From: the human T2T-CHM13v2.0 reference genome, Homo sapiens
DNA: 64,000 nt
Strand: one strand, 5' to 3'
Assembly (NCBI RefSeq): GCF_009914755.1
Contig: NC_060928.1
Part shown: one piece after another, positions 31,171 to 49,200 of the stretch
How positions within the stretch are numbered: the stretch's first letter is position 1
How the letters are laid out: each line of letters starts with the position of its first letter
Program-made: the position numbers and the translations under genes
The notes under the pieces: generated by a model
The model's database searches: none
Told to the model about the DNA's origin: nothing
The model's input: only the letters and a program-made list of their open reading frames with translations

Positions 31171-31720
31171 TCACCATTTCTCTGTTTATCATAAGTGGAC
31201 TCATACTTTAGTTGTTCCCATATCTTATATCTTGGCTGTTGTGAATAATGTGGCAATGGACATGTGAGTGCAGATAGATATCTTTCTATGGTGATGATTT
31301 CATTTCCTTTGGGTATATATATAAGGTGTACCCAGAAGAGGGACTGTTGGGTCATATGGTAATTCTACTTTTAATTTCTTTACAAATCTCCATACTGTTT
31401 TCCACAATGGCTGCACCAGTGCACCTTTTCATATACCTGTTGGCATTGTTATGTCTTCTTTGGAGAGATCTCTAATCAGGTCTTTTGCCCATGTTTTAAT
31501 TGGATTATTTGCATTCTTGCTATTGAGTTGTCTGAGTTACTTATGTATTTTGGATATAACTCCTAATCAGATGTGTGGTTTGCAAATGTTTTTTCTTATT
31601 CTGTAGGTTGTCTGTTCACTCTGTTGATTGTTTCCTTTGCTGTGCAGAAGCAGCTTTTTCATTTGATGCCATGTTTGTTTATTTTTGCTTTTGTTGCCTG
31701 AGCTTTGTGGGTCATATTTT
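30570..31720 (-). mobile_element. L1MA 3' region
   Basis: ctgtgtctggcttatttcatttagcataatgtcctccagtttcatccatgttg. Confidence 0.85.
31031..31170. repeat. Compound microsatellite (TC)n(TA)n(CA)n
   Basis: Directly visible. Confidence 0.95.
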
Positions 31721-31724
31721 TAAA

Positions 31725-37210
<5,486 letters not shown>

Positions 37211-37276
37211 TTTGTTTTTTTGCTAGCAAAGTGTGAATCCAGGATTTGGATTCATATCTATCTGACCGCTATAGTT

Positions 37277-37476
37277 CAGTGGCCAGCAAATTGTGGCCCA
37301 TTGGCTGAAACTAGCCTGCCACGGGCCAATGTGATAACGCTGGTCATTTACATATGGCCTCTCGCTGTTTTTATGCTACAAAAGCAGAGCTGAGCTGTTT
37401 CAACAGAGACCTTATGTCTTGAAAAGCCAAAAATATTTACTATCTAACATTTGTAGGAAAAGTTTGCTGAGTTCTG
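37277..37476. mobile_element. MER58A (hAT-Charlie)
   Basis: cagtggccagcaaa...aagccaaaaatatttactatct...gtttgctgagttctg. Confidence 0.75.
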
Positions 37477-37709
37477 CTTTAGAGGCATTTTTATTTATAA
37501 AAAACCTGAAGTGCCAGTTCTCATGTAGCATTTTTAATTTTTGACGTTCACTAAACACTAACAGCATAATATTGAGTTTTATTTTTATAAAGGCAGTAGA
37601 GACTGCAGACAAGGCTCATATGGTTCAGGTATGAAGCTGTGCAATGATCTGATTTGGTAGTGATAAAATTTGGAAAATCTTAGATAGTAAAATAGTTAGC
37701 ACACCCCTT

Positions 37710-37890
37710 CAGTGGTTTTTACATTTAGCATGTTTAAGGTTCACCTGGAAAGCTTGTTGAAACAGATTAAAGGACTCTGTATCAACTTTCTTATTCAGTA
37801 AGTTAGGTGGGATATGAGAATATACATTTCTAACAAGTTCCCAAGTCATGCCAATAGTTCTGTTTGGGACTATACCTTGAAAATTACTGC
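37710..37890. mobile_element. MER5A (hAT-Charlie)
   Basis: cagtggtt...atttctaacaagttcccaagtcatgc...ttgaaaattactg. Confidence 0.75.
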
Positions 37891-37899
37891 TCTAACCCT

Positions 37900-40100
37900 T
37901 TTTAAGTGTATCATTTGAATTTCAGTAGATGTATAAAATTGTATACCAGCACCACAGTCCGGTTTTAGAACAATTCCATCATACTAAAGAGTTCCTCATG
38001 CACATTTGCAGTCAATGCCAACATTCCCCTTCAGCCTGAGGCAACTAGTTATCTTTCTTTCACTATGGTTTTGCACTTTTCAGAAATTTTATATAAATGG
38101 AATTATATGATACATAGTTATATACTTGGAATGTTTCACTTAACATAATATTTTTGAGATTCATCTATGTCATTGCATGTATCAGTAACTTTCTTTTATT
38201 GCTAAGTATTATTTCATAGAATGAGCATACTACATTTTTTTGTCCATTCAACATTTTATGGACATTTGGATTGTTTCTAGTTTTGGCTATTATGAAAAAT
38301 GCTATTATGACTATTCATGTTCAAGAGATGGCATATGCTTTTGAGCAGAAGGAAGTTATAATATCTAGATGGTATTCATATATTATCCTATGCTTGTAGT
38401 TGACAAAAAATGTTAATATATTCTTGTTTCCTAATATATTTCCAATAATAATATTTTAATATTTACTATGAATATTTTATGTTCTTGCAATGAATATTTG
38501 ATAATTTTATGTCAAAATATTATAAATTGGTATATGATAGTCTATAAACATTTTGTAAAATGTTTCTTTTGAGATAATCAACATACTCTATAGATGTTGA
38601 TCTTACAAAATTAATATATCTACTCTTATTGGTGGGCAAAATTCACCCTGGAATAAAATAAGTATAAAACAAATAAAACTTAGCTTTTGATGTTGGAAAT
38701 GTTCAGATACAGATAACAGTAGGGAGAATTGTTTAATGAAATCCCCATGTATCCATCTCACCTAATTTCAACAATTGTTAATAGTTTGACATTCTTTTTT
38801 AATCTGTACCTTGCCTCCCGATCTATTCCTGGTGTTCTATATTGAATCTCAAAATCATATCATTTCTCCTGGAAATACTTCACTATATATTGCAAACTGA
38901 TGAGGACTTATGAAACAAGTATGTATGTAAATTTTTACAGCACCATTAATTCACCTAACAAAAATAGCAATAATTTGTAATATCATCTACTACCCAGTAT
39001 ATGTTTAGTTGTCCCTAATTGTGTGACGTATATTTTTCAAATTGTTTGATTGAACTAGGATGAAACAAGATGCAAACATTGCAATTGACTGATAACACCG
39101 TTAAGTTAATCTTAATCTATAATGATTTCTCTTCCCTTGTTTTTCCATGACAATGATTTGTTGAAGAAACTGGTTAATTTGTTGAAGAAACTGGTAGGAT
39201 TTCTTATGATCTGCATTTACCTGACTGTATCTTCTTCATATCATTTAGTATATCATTTATCCCATGTATTATTAATGAAGTATAAGTACAAAGGATTTAG
39301 ATATAGGACTGAGTATATTCAGGTTTTGGCATGGTTTTTTTCCTAGTAGCAAGGATATTTCTTAGGAAGACTTGTCTATTTCCTATAGCATCATAGCATA
39401 TCTGTCACTCCCACTTTTACTGATGCTGTGATTCATGATTTGATTCAGGTGTTGTCAGCCTGATGCTTTCATTATCAAGTTTCCCTCCAATCTTTTACCA
39501 AATGGTTTTAGCAGCTATTGATGAATATTCCCTAGATTTCCTCTATTTCAGTAGAATTGCAAAATGGTTATCTTCTAATTCCATCATTCCTTCTGCAATC
39601 CTTACATAAAATTTTTCTGTGAAGAATGTTCTTTCATCAACTCTTTGGTTACCCTGAAATTCAACCTTTACAGACAAGGAAGGATAAATGCTTGCTTCTT
39701 TCTTTTTATTCAGTTTATTGGTTTTCAAAATAATGAGTTGGTGCCCTAGGACACTCTAAATGTGACTGAGTTTTAAAGTATCATTATGAACTCATGGAGC
39801 TTATTTATTCAATGTGTTTATTAATCCATTTCGGTCGTTGTTTTCAGTGGTCAAATTGTTTTATTTTTGACTGGTGGACCTCTAAGATTTACTCTTGTGT
39901 CCTTTGATTTATGCTAGTATTTTTAAAACTACTTTATTGCCTTTTGCTCAAGATTTCCCAGGCTCAGATTATACATTCTGTGCTCCAGATGTTATTTTTT
40001 TGAGGAGAACTAATTAGTGGGAATTGGAATTTATAGACCATAATCTAGGTGCTAGGAAGCTTACTCTTTCTGGGTTGTTACTGTTCCTAGATCTTTGAAA
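37900..40100 (-). mobile_element. L1ME and L1MC-like 3' fragments
   Basis: Antisense L1 3'-UTR motifs. Confidence 0.6.
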
Positions 40101-40169
40101 ATTTCTTTCACAAAGGTACTGGATTTAACACATTTTTCAGTATATGTTCATGTTTTTATCTCTAGGATT

Positions 40170-40754
<585 letters not shown>

Positions 40755-40769
40755 TGATGAGGATACATT

Positions 40770-41350
40770 TTTTCCCAAACATTATGTATGGTAGGCACTA
40801 GTATTCGATGCAGTTGTGGTAGTTGCTTTCTGGGAAGCAATGAGACTTACTCTTGGCATCTATGGGATGATATGTAAGAAAATAAATTTTAATTTAATAA
40901 ATGAAACAATAAATGGATAAAATGCAGACACAGCACAAAAAGGGACTAATTAACTCTCTTGGCAGGAGGTGTTCAAGGAGTGCTTCACATTCCCAAGAAA
41001 GGTAACATCTGTGGTGGGTATTAAAGGGAGGCTATGATATCCTTTGCATTGGGTATACAAAAGATGCAGGAAAGGGACTTTCAGACAGAAGAAAAAGCAT
41101 ATGAAAAGATATGGAACAAGGAACAGGACTGACAGTTTGGTGCTATTTGTGTCACCAAGAACAAAGTGGAAAATGACAACAGATGAGGCAAAATCAGCAA
41201 AATCTCATATGCCAGGGTAAAGAGCCTAGGCTTATTCTAGAGGCAAATGGGAAACACTGAAGGATGTTAAGCAGAAATATGAAATGATCTAATTTGCTCC
41301 TCAGAATAATCATTCTGGTAACAGTGAAGAAAATGGATTGGGAGAGGAAA
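40770..41350 (-). mobile_element. L2 (antisense) containing the LARP1B micro-exon
   Basis: L2 antisense motifs: ggcaaatgggaaacactgaaggatgttaagcagaaatatgaaatgatctaatttg and gaataatcattctggtaacagtg. Confidence 0.7.
40966..41001 (+). CDS. LARP1B: LARP1B 36-nt symmetric (phase 1-1) cassette micro-exon: (G)GVQGVLHIPKK
   Basis: Branch-point-like GACTAAT at 40944-40950, acceptor ctctcttggcAG, donor GTAACA at 41002. Frame-preserving between 26418 and 42525. Peptide GGVQGVLHIPKK matches my recall of the LARP1B reference protein. Confidence 0.85.
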
Positions 41351-41584
41351 TGGCAAATGTGTAAGTTCACTTTTGACTTTACAAATTCGTGCCTAGAATA
41401 GTGCTTGGCAAATAGCGGGCACTTAGTATTTGTTGAGTGAAAAAACAAAAAGTTGTTATATGAATCAAAAAAAGTCGATAAGTCTGAAGAAAAACCACAC
41501 AGAAATAGTGCCTATTTTTTTTTGTTGCTACTGCTTGATTCATCTGCTGGCTTGTTTGTTATCTTACCATAAGATTTTCATGAA

Positions 41585-42430
41585 CAAATCAGTAAGTAAA
41601 ATAACCGAATAAAAAAAACAGTCAAAGGATTTGAATAGCAGGCTTACAAAAGAGGAAGTCTGAAGGGTAACTAGAAATATGAAAACATGCTCAATTTCAC
41701 TAGCAACAACTAGATCATTTAAATCCCATGAGATGGAAGAATATTTAAGAGTTTGCACAAAACCCAGTCTTCACCAGAATGTTGAATTGGAATTCTCACA
41801 TGCTGCTGGTGAGAGTGTAAGTTGGTGAAATCATTATGGAAAGTGGTTTGGCTGTCAGTAGTCATTAAGTTAGAAGATGCTTATCTCTTTTGACTCAGCA
41901 TTTCCACTCAGATATAAACCCTAGAGAAATGCTTGTACCTGTACAGAGACATGTTCAGCAATGTTGATCACAGCATTGTTGATTAAACAAAAAACTTTGA
42001 AATAACATAAATGTCTATCTGCAGGAGAATGGATAAATTGTGATATATTTGTACACCACATACTATTCAGCAATGAAAATGAACAAATTAGAGCTATGTA
42101 AATAAAACATGAAAAAAGTTTACAAAGTGATATATATATATATATATATATATAGCATTATGTTACATAAAGTTAATTATGCAAAATAATATTACATATA
42201 TGTAATAAAAGATCAAAATTCCAATTTAAGAGGCTAGTTATCTCTGAGAAGGGAAAGCAGGAGGGAAATGGGATTAGGGGAGGTTACACAGGAAGCTTCA
42301 CCCTTTCTTTAAAAGAAAAAAAGGTCATAAACAGATATAGAAAAATAAAAATTTTATAAAGCTAGATAATGGTCAAAAAAGTATTTGTTATTTTTGTTTT
42401 TATATATTTGAAATGTTTTCAGTGAAAAAT
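41585..42430 (+). mobile_element. L1ME-like 3' end
   Basis: tgactcagcatttccactcagatataaaccctagagaaat etc. Confidence 0.7.
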
Positions 42431-42524
42431 CCTTTGAGCTTAGAGAATTACAAAATTATCCTTATTCTCAAAGTAAAATATTTTCCTAGCATCTAAATAA
42501 TTTTAAGAGTTTTTTATTTTGCAG

Positions 42525-42736
42525 ATTTGACTGATGAATTAGCTCAGAAGTTATTTGATGTTTCAGAAATAACTTCAGCAGCAATGGTTCATTCGTTGCC
42601 TACAGCAGTTCCAGAATCTCCTAGAATTCATCCTACAAGAACACCCAAAACACCTCGAACACCTAGGTTACAAGATCCTAACAAAACACCAAGATTTTAT
42701 CCTGTTGTTAAAGAACCAAAAGCCATTGATGTAAAG
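42525..42736 (+). CDS. LARP1B: LARP1B internal coding exon (212 nt, phase 1 to 0): DLTDELAQKLF...ESPRIHPTRTPKTPRTPRLQDPNKTPRFYPVVKEPKAIDVK
   Basis: Acceptor ttttattttgcAG and donor GTATAC at 42737. Overlaps ORF 42527..42784. RFYPVVKE is a LARP1-family signature. Confidence 0.96.
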
Positions 42737-42905
42737 GTATACAAAACAACCAGGAATATAAGGCTTGCATTTTGTATCCTTTAACATTACAGAATGAAAC
42801 GTTTTAGTTTCTATCACATTGAAAAATGTGTGTTATAACTTGTAATATTTCACTTAAAAATCATACTTTACCATAGTGATATTTTCTCTGGTTAGGAAAT
42901 TTTTC

Positions 42906-43208
42906 GGTTGGGCACGGTGGTTTATGCCTGTAATCCAACACTTTGGGAGACCGAGGCAGGTGGATCGCTTGTGCCCAGGAGTTGGAGACGAGCCTGGGCA
43001 ATGCAGTGGGACCCCATCTCTAAAAAAATACAAAAATTAGATGGGCGTGGTGGCGTGTGCCTGTAGTCCCAGCTACTTGGGAGGCTGAGGTGGCAGGATT
43101 GCTTGAGCCTGTAGGGGTCAGGGCTGCAGTGAGCCATGATCATGCCACTGCACTCCAGCCTTGGCAACAGAGTAAGACCCCATTTAAAAATAAACAAACA
43201 AACAAAAA
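42906..43208 (+). mobile_element. AluJ
   Basis: Diverged dimer within the 763-nt intron between exons. Confidence 0.9.
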
Positions 43209-43499
43209 CCTTTTTTACAATTGGATAGTGTAATTAAAGACGAACAGAAAGTATAATGAAGAATCACACTAAGCTGCACTTCATTTCATCTTTGTGTCAC
43301 AAACCTACCAAAGGACTTTATTTATTAAGTTTTGTAACTTGTGTGTGAGATTTTTGAGTTTTGTGACTTCATATGATTTCACAATGTGTTATCTACAGTA
43401 TGAAAATGTTTGAGTTCATTTATAGTCAGAGGGTTTTAATTTACTTGTGAAGTTCACACTATTGAAACTAATTGCAATGCTTGACTTTATTTTCTTTAG

Positions 43500-43606
43500 A
43501 GTCCAAGAAAGAGAAAAACAAGGCATAGCACAAATCCCCCTCTAGAGTGTCATGTTGGTTGGGTAATGGATTCCAGAGACCGTGGGCCAGGAACATCCTC
43601 TGTCAG
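43500..43606 (+). CDS. LARP1B: LARP1B internal coding exon (107 nt, phase 0 to 2): SPRKRKTRHSTNPPLECHVGWVMDSRDRGPGTSSV
   Basis: Acceptor tttattttctttAG and donor GTACTA at 43607. Contains the PRKRKTRHS.NPPLE.HVGWVMDS family motif. Phases are consistent with neighbours. Confidence 0.96.
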
Positions 43607-44211
43607 GTACTATATTTCTCAAACATTACTTTTTTGTTCGTGATTTGAAGTTTTTTGAAAACAGTTACTAATTGGATATTTCAAAATATTTAAAAATTAA
43701 TATGTTAGCAAATTATAGAGCAATGAAAATGGTACAAAGAAGCCAAAGAAGAGATAAGTTTTACAAGTATGTTAAGGAAATAATCCAGTTGGACAGTTTT
43801 TTTTTCCCATTTAAATTATTTTTCACAAATGTGAACTCTTAGATTTATAAGCTATGTAGGTCTATGAAAGTTATTATCTTTGGAAAGTTCCCAGAGTCTT
43901 AGTGGCATTTAATAGGTTCTTAGTAGATATTTATTGAGGACATTAATGTGCTAAACAAACAACTCAAACTGTATAAATAATATGGAAACGAAGCATTGTT
44001 ATTTTGCTTTTTTCCCCCTTTTTTGAAAATCATTAAGATTAGCTGATTATTAGCAGGAATTTTTTTTTATAAGAAAGAAGAAAATTAATTAAAAAAAGAA
44101 GAAGTCTAGAGCAAATCTCTTAGAGTGCCAGTGATCTGCAAAGCACTATGGTATGTTTTGTCCTTCAGAGGGGTTGCAGAGGTGATTTATTGCTCGTTGC
44201 TTTGTGATGCT

Positions 44212-44345
44212 TTTTTTAAAATAAAAATAGAGACAGAATCTTGCTCTGTTACCTAGGATGGTCTCAAACTTCTGGCCTCAAGCAGTCCTCCTACCTCAGC
44301 CTTGTAAAGTGCTGGGATTACAGGCATGAGCCACCTCACCCAGCC
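44212..44345 (-). mobile_element. FLAM
   Basis: Reverse Alu left monomer. Confidence 0.85.
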
Positions 44346-45273
44346 TGTGTTTCTTAAAAACCATTTTGTGTTTATACTAGATATTTTCAGAATAATTAAC
44401 TGATAGTTTTTCCATTTGAAAACTTTGGGAAAATATGTTTTTGACTGGTTACTAGAAAAGAAGGATTAGTTAGTTTCATGAAAAGAAATGCTAGGGAGTT
44501 TATCATGCTCTCAAAACCTTGAAATCTGTCTTGTTAGTGATACACATTTGATTATTTTACATTGTTCTTACTAGCTATATTGTCTCTAAAAGATAAAAAG
44601 TGTGTATGTTCTTCTGCACACCTGTGGTATACTAATAGTTATTTTGGGGTTATAAGTGATTTTTCAGTTTTTTTCCCCAGAGTATTTCTTTTTATTGGAG
44701 CAGTATATGTAGAGATCAACAACAATGGAAAATGTTTAATTTACCTAATGAAGGACATCTTGTCTTTGTTGCTTCCAAGTTTTGGGAATTATGAATAAAG
44801 CTGCTATAAACATCTATGTAAAGGTTTTAGTGTGGACATATTTTTAAATCCCTTAGATAAATACTAAGGAGCATGATTGCTGGATTGTATAATAAGAATA
44901 TATTTAGTTTTGTAAGAAACTGCCAAACTGTTTTCCAAAGTGGCCCTATCATTTTGCATTCTCACCAGTAATGTTTCTTTTTAACCTTGGTAATGTCTTG
45001 TTTTGAAGTCAGCCTTGTCTGATATTTATATAATTATGCCAACTTTCTTTAGATGAGTGTTTGCCAGTGTATCTTTTTCTACCTTTTTACTTTTAAGCAA
45101 TCTCTTTGTTTTAAAGTGGGTTTAATGTAGGCAGCATATATTTGGGTCTTTCTTTGCTTTTTATAACCCAGTCTGATAATGTGTTGTTTAATTAGTATGT
45201 TTAGACCATCCACATTTAGTGTAGTTATTGATGTGGTTGGATTTAAATCTATCATTTATTTTTCTCATCCATT

Positions 45274-45572
45274 CTTTTTTTTTTTTTTTTCTTTTGAGAC
45301 TGAGTCTCACTCTGTCTCCCATTCTGGAGTGCAATGGCATGATCTTGGCTCACTTCAACTTCCGGCTCCCAGGTTCAGGTGAGGACTCAACCTCCTGAGT
45401 AGCTGGGATTACAGGTGCCTGGCACCACACCCAGCTAATTTTTGTATTTTTAGTAGAGATGGGGTTTCACCAGGTTGGCCAGGCTGGTCTCCAACTGCTG
45501 ACCTCAGGTGATCCACCTGTCTTGGCCTCCTCAGGTGCTGGGATTACAGGCATGAGCCACACTGCGCCCAGC
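45274..45572 (-). mobile_element. AluS inside old L1M
   Basis: Reverse dimer; TSD-like tctcatc(c/t)attctt. Confidence 0.9.
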
Positions 45573-46127
45573 TGTCTCATCTATTCTTCATTCTTTTTTC
45601 TCTTTTTCTGCTTTCTTTTGGATTGAGTTTTTATAATGATCCTATTTTATCTCTACTATTGACTTATTAGTTATGTCTCTTTTTTATTTTTTACTGATCC
45701 TCTAGGATTTACAGGTATACTTTGTTTTGTTGTGCTTCATAGATACTGTTTTTCACAAAGTGAAGGTTTGTGGCACCCCTGTGTTGAGCAAGTTTATCAA
45801 TGCCCTTTATCTAACAGATGTACTCAATTCATGTCTCTGTGTCACCTTTTGGTAATTCTTGCAATATTTCAAACTTTATTATTATTATGATGTCCTTTTT
45901 TTTTTTTTTTTTTTTTGAGACGAAGTCTCGCTCTGTCGCCCAGGCTGGAGTGCAGGGGTGTGATCTCAGCTCACTGCAAGCTCTGCCTCCTGGGTTCACG
46001 CCATTCTCCTGCCTCAGCCTCCTGAGTAGCTGGGACTACAGGTGCCCGCCACCACGCCTGGCTAACTTTTTTTTTTGTATTTTTTTAGTAGAGACGGGGT
46101 TTCACCGTGTTAGCCAGGATGGTCTCA

Positions 46128-46235
<108 letters not shown>

Positions 46236-49200
46236 TCACTCTGTTGCACAGGCTGGAGTTCTGTGGCACAATCATGGCCCACTGCAACCGTAACCTCCCA
46301 GACTCAAGTGATCCTCCCACTTCAGCCTCCTGAGTAGCTGGAACTACAGTTGCATGCCACCATATCCAGCTAATTTTTGTATTTTTTATAGAGATGGGGT
46401 CTCTGCTGTCTGGGCTGGTCTTGAATTCCTGGACTCAAGCAGTTCTCCTATCTCGGCCTTCCAAAGTGCTGTGATTACAGACATGAACCACCATGCCCAG
46501 CTACTATTTTGTATTTTATGGTGATCTGTGATTAGTGATCTTTGATGTTAACTATTGTAATTGTTTTGGTACACCATGAACCATGCCAGGATAAGACAGT
46601 GAACTTAATAAATATTGTATGTTTTCTGGCTGCTCCACTGACTGGCCATTTCTCCATCTCTCCCCCTCTTCTTGGGCATCCCTGTACCCTGAGAGACAAA
46701 AATGTTGAAATTAGACCAACTAATAACCCTACAGTGGCCCCTAATTGTTCAAGTGAAATTAAGAGTCAAAATTCTTCAAAATTAGGAATGTCATCATTAA
46801 TGAGGAAGGCACGTTGAAAGCCCCAAGACAGGCTGAAAACTAGATCTCTTGTGTCAAACAGCCAAAATATGAAGGCAAAGTTTTTGAGGGAAATTAAAAG
46901 TGCTACTCCAGTGAATACACAAATGATAAGAAAGTGAAACAGTTTTATTGATGATAGGGATAGAGTTTGAGTGGTCTGGATAAAAGATCAAACCACCCCC
47001 AATATTCCCTTAAGCCAAAGCATAATCCAGAGCAAGGCCCTGACTCTCTTCAATTCTCTGAAGACTGAAAGAGGCGAGGGAGGTGCAGAAGAAAAGTTGG
47101 AAGCTAGCAGAAGTTGGTTAATGAGGTTTAAGAAGCTGTCTCCATAATATAAAAGTGCAAGGTGAAGGAGCAAGTGCTGATGGGGAAGGTGCAGCAAGTT
47201 TTAAGGAAGATCTAGCTAAGATAATAAAAGTGGCTACATTTCTGCAGGTCTAGATCTGAAAAAAAAGTGTGGCTACCTTAAACAATAGATTTTCAGTGTA
47301 GACAAAACAGCCTTCTATTGGGAGAAGAAGCCATCTAGGACTTTCATAGTTAGGAAGGAGCAGTCAATGTTTGGCTTCAGAGCTTCAAGGGATGGGGCTG
47401 ACTCTCTTGTTAGGGGCTAATGCAGGTGGTGACTTTAAGTTGAAGGCAATGCCAGGGCTCTTTTGAATTATGCTGAATCTACTAATCTGCTTATGCTCTA
47501 TAAATAGAACAACAAAGTCTATGTGACAGCACATCTACTTACAATGTGGGTTACTAAATATTTTAAGCCCACTGTTAAGACCTACTATTTAGAAAAAAAG
47601 ATTCCTTTCAAAATATTACTGCTCATTGACAGTGTACGTCATCACCCAAGAATGCTGATGAATATATACAAGGAGATTAATGTTTTTTTCATACCTGCTA
47701 ACACATTTATTCTGCAGTCCATGGATTCCAAGGAGTCATTTTAACTTTCTAGTCTTATTATTTAGAATATTCATATATAGTATATTCATAAGGCTATAGC
47801 TGCCACAGCTAGTCATTCCTCTGTTGGACCTGAGCAAAGTAAATTGAAAACATTCTGGAGAGTATTCACCATTCTACATGCCATTAAGAACATTGGTGAT
47901 TCATAGGAGGAAGTCAAAATATCAACATTAACAGGATTTTAAAAGAAGTTGATTTCTACCCTCATGGATGACTTTGAGAGGCTCAGACTTCAGTGGAGGA
48001 TTTAATTACAGATGTGGTGGAAATAGCAAGAGAAGTAGAATTAGAAGTGGAGCCTGAAGATGTGACTGAATTGCTGCGATCTCACGATAAAACCTGAAAG
48101 GATGAGGAATTGCTTCTTATGGACGAGCACAGAGAGTAGTTTCTTGAGATAGAATCTACTCCTGGTGAAGATTCTGTGAACATTGTTGAAATGACAACAA
48201 CAGATTTAGAATATTATATAAAGCAGTGGCAGGGTTTGAGAGGACTGACTCCAATTTTCAAAGGAGTTCTACTGTGGGTAAAATGCTATCAGGACAGCAT
48301 CCATGCTACAGAGAAAACTTGGGAACAGAAGAGTCAATCAATGTAGCAAATTTCATTGTTGTCTTATTTTAAGAAATTGCCACAGCCATTCCAACCGTCA
48401 GCAACCACCGCTCTGATCAGTCAGCAGCCATCAGCATCGAGGCAAAACCCTCCACCAGCAAAAAGACTATGACTTGCTGAAGGCTCATATGACCATTAGC
48501 ATTTTTAGCAATACAGTTTTTAAAAAAATTGATACATAACAGTTGTACATATTTTGGGGGTGCATGTGATATTTTGATACATGCATACAATGTGTAATGA
48601 TCAAATCAGGGTAATGGGGATATCAATCACCTCAAACATTTTTCTTTATTCTGTTCCATTTTTTTCCTTTTCTTTTTAAGATCTTTTTGCATACCAACCT
48701 TCTAGCTATTTTGTACTATACAATATGTTATTGTTAAGTATGGTTATTCTACTGTACTATAAAACACTAGGTCTCATTTCTGGTATTAACTGTATTTTTG
48801 TACCTGTTAAATAACTGCTTTTCACCGCCCTTCCCCCTACCCATTCTAGTCCCTGGTAAGCACTAATCAACTCTCTTATCTCTATGAGATCTACTTTTTT
48901 ACCTCCCACTTATTAGTGAGAACATGTGGTACTTATCTTTCTGTGCCTGGCTTATTTCATATAATATAATGACTTCCAGTTCTATGTTTCTGCAAATGAC
49001 ATAATTCTTTTTTATGGCTGAATAGTATTCCATTGTGTATGTGTGTATGTTTATGTATGTGCCTATGTATGTATGTGCATATATTTACACATATATACAT
49101 ATATACACATATACATACATGTACATACACATATATATACCCATATATAAAATTTTCTTCATTCATCCATTGATAGACACTTAGGTTGATTACATGTCTT

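Noticed and set aside
30677-31267. 196-aa hydrophobic ORF
   Set aside because: Antisense L1 3'UTR plus microsatellite; T-rich sequence mimics membrane protein composition.
39156-39195. Short tandem duplications (21-bp period here; similar 16-17 bp ones near 665 and 35596)
   Set aside because: Ordinary slippage events within decayed L1 sequence.
42737-42784. ORF extension past the donor (VYKTTRNIRLAFCIL*) as an alternative C-terminus
   Set aside because: Ordinary intron read-through; no nearby canonical poly(A) signal noted and no other support.
43210-43490. Possible intronic snoRNA upstream of exon 43500
   Set aside because: No convincing C/D boxes with terminal stem or H/ACA hairpin pair could be identified by eye.
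46790-48350. Intact or domesticated Tigger1 transposase
   Set aside because: Frame is broken by multiple stops and indels; only a 73-aa remnant is open.
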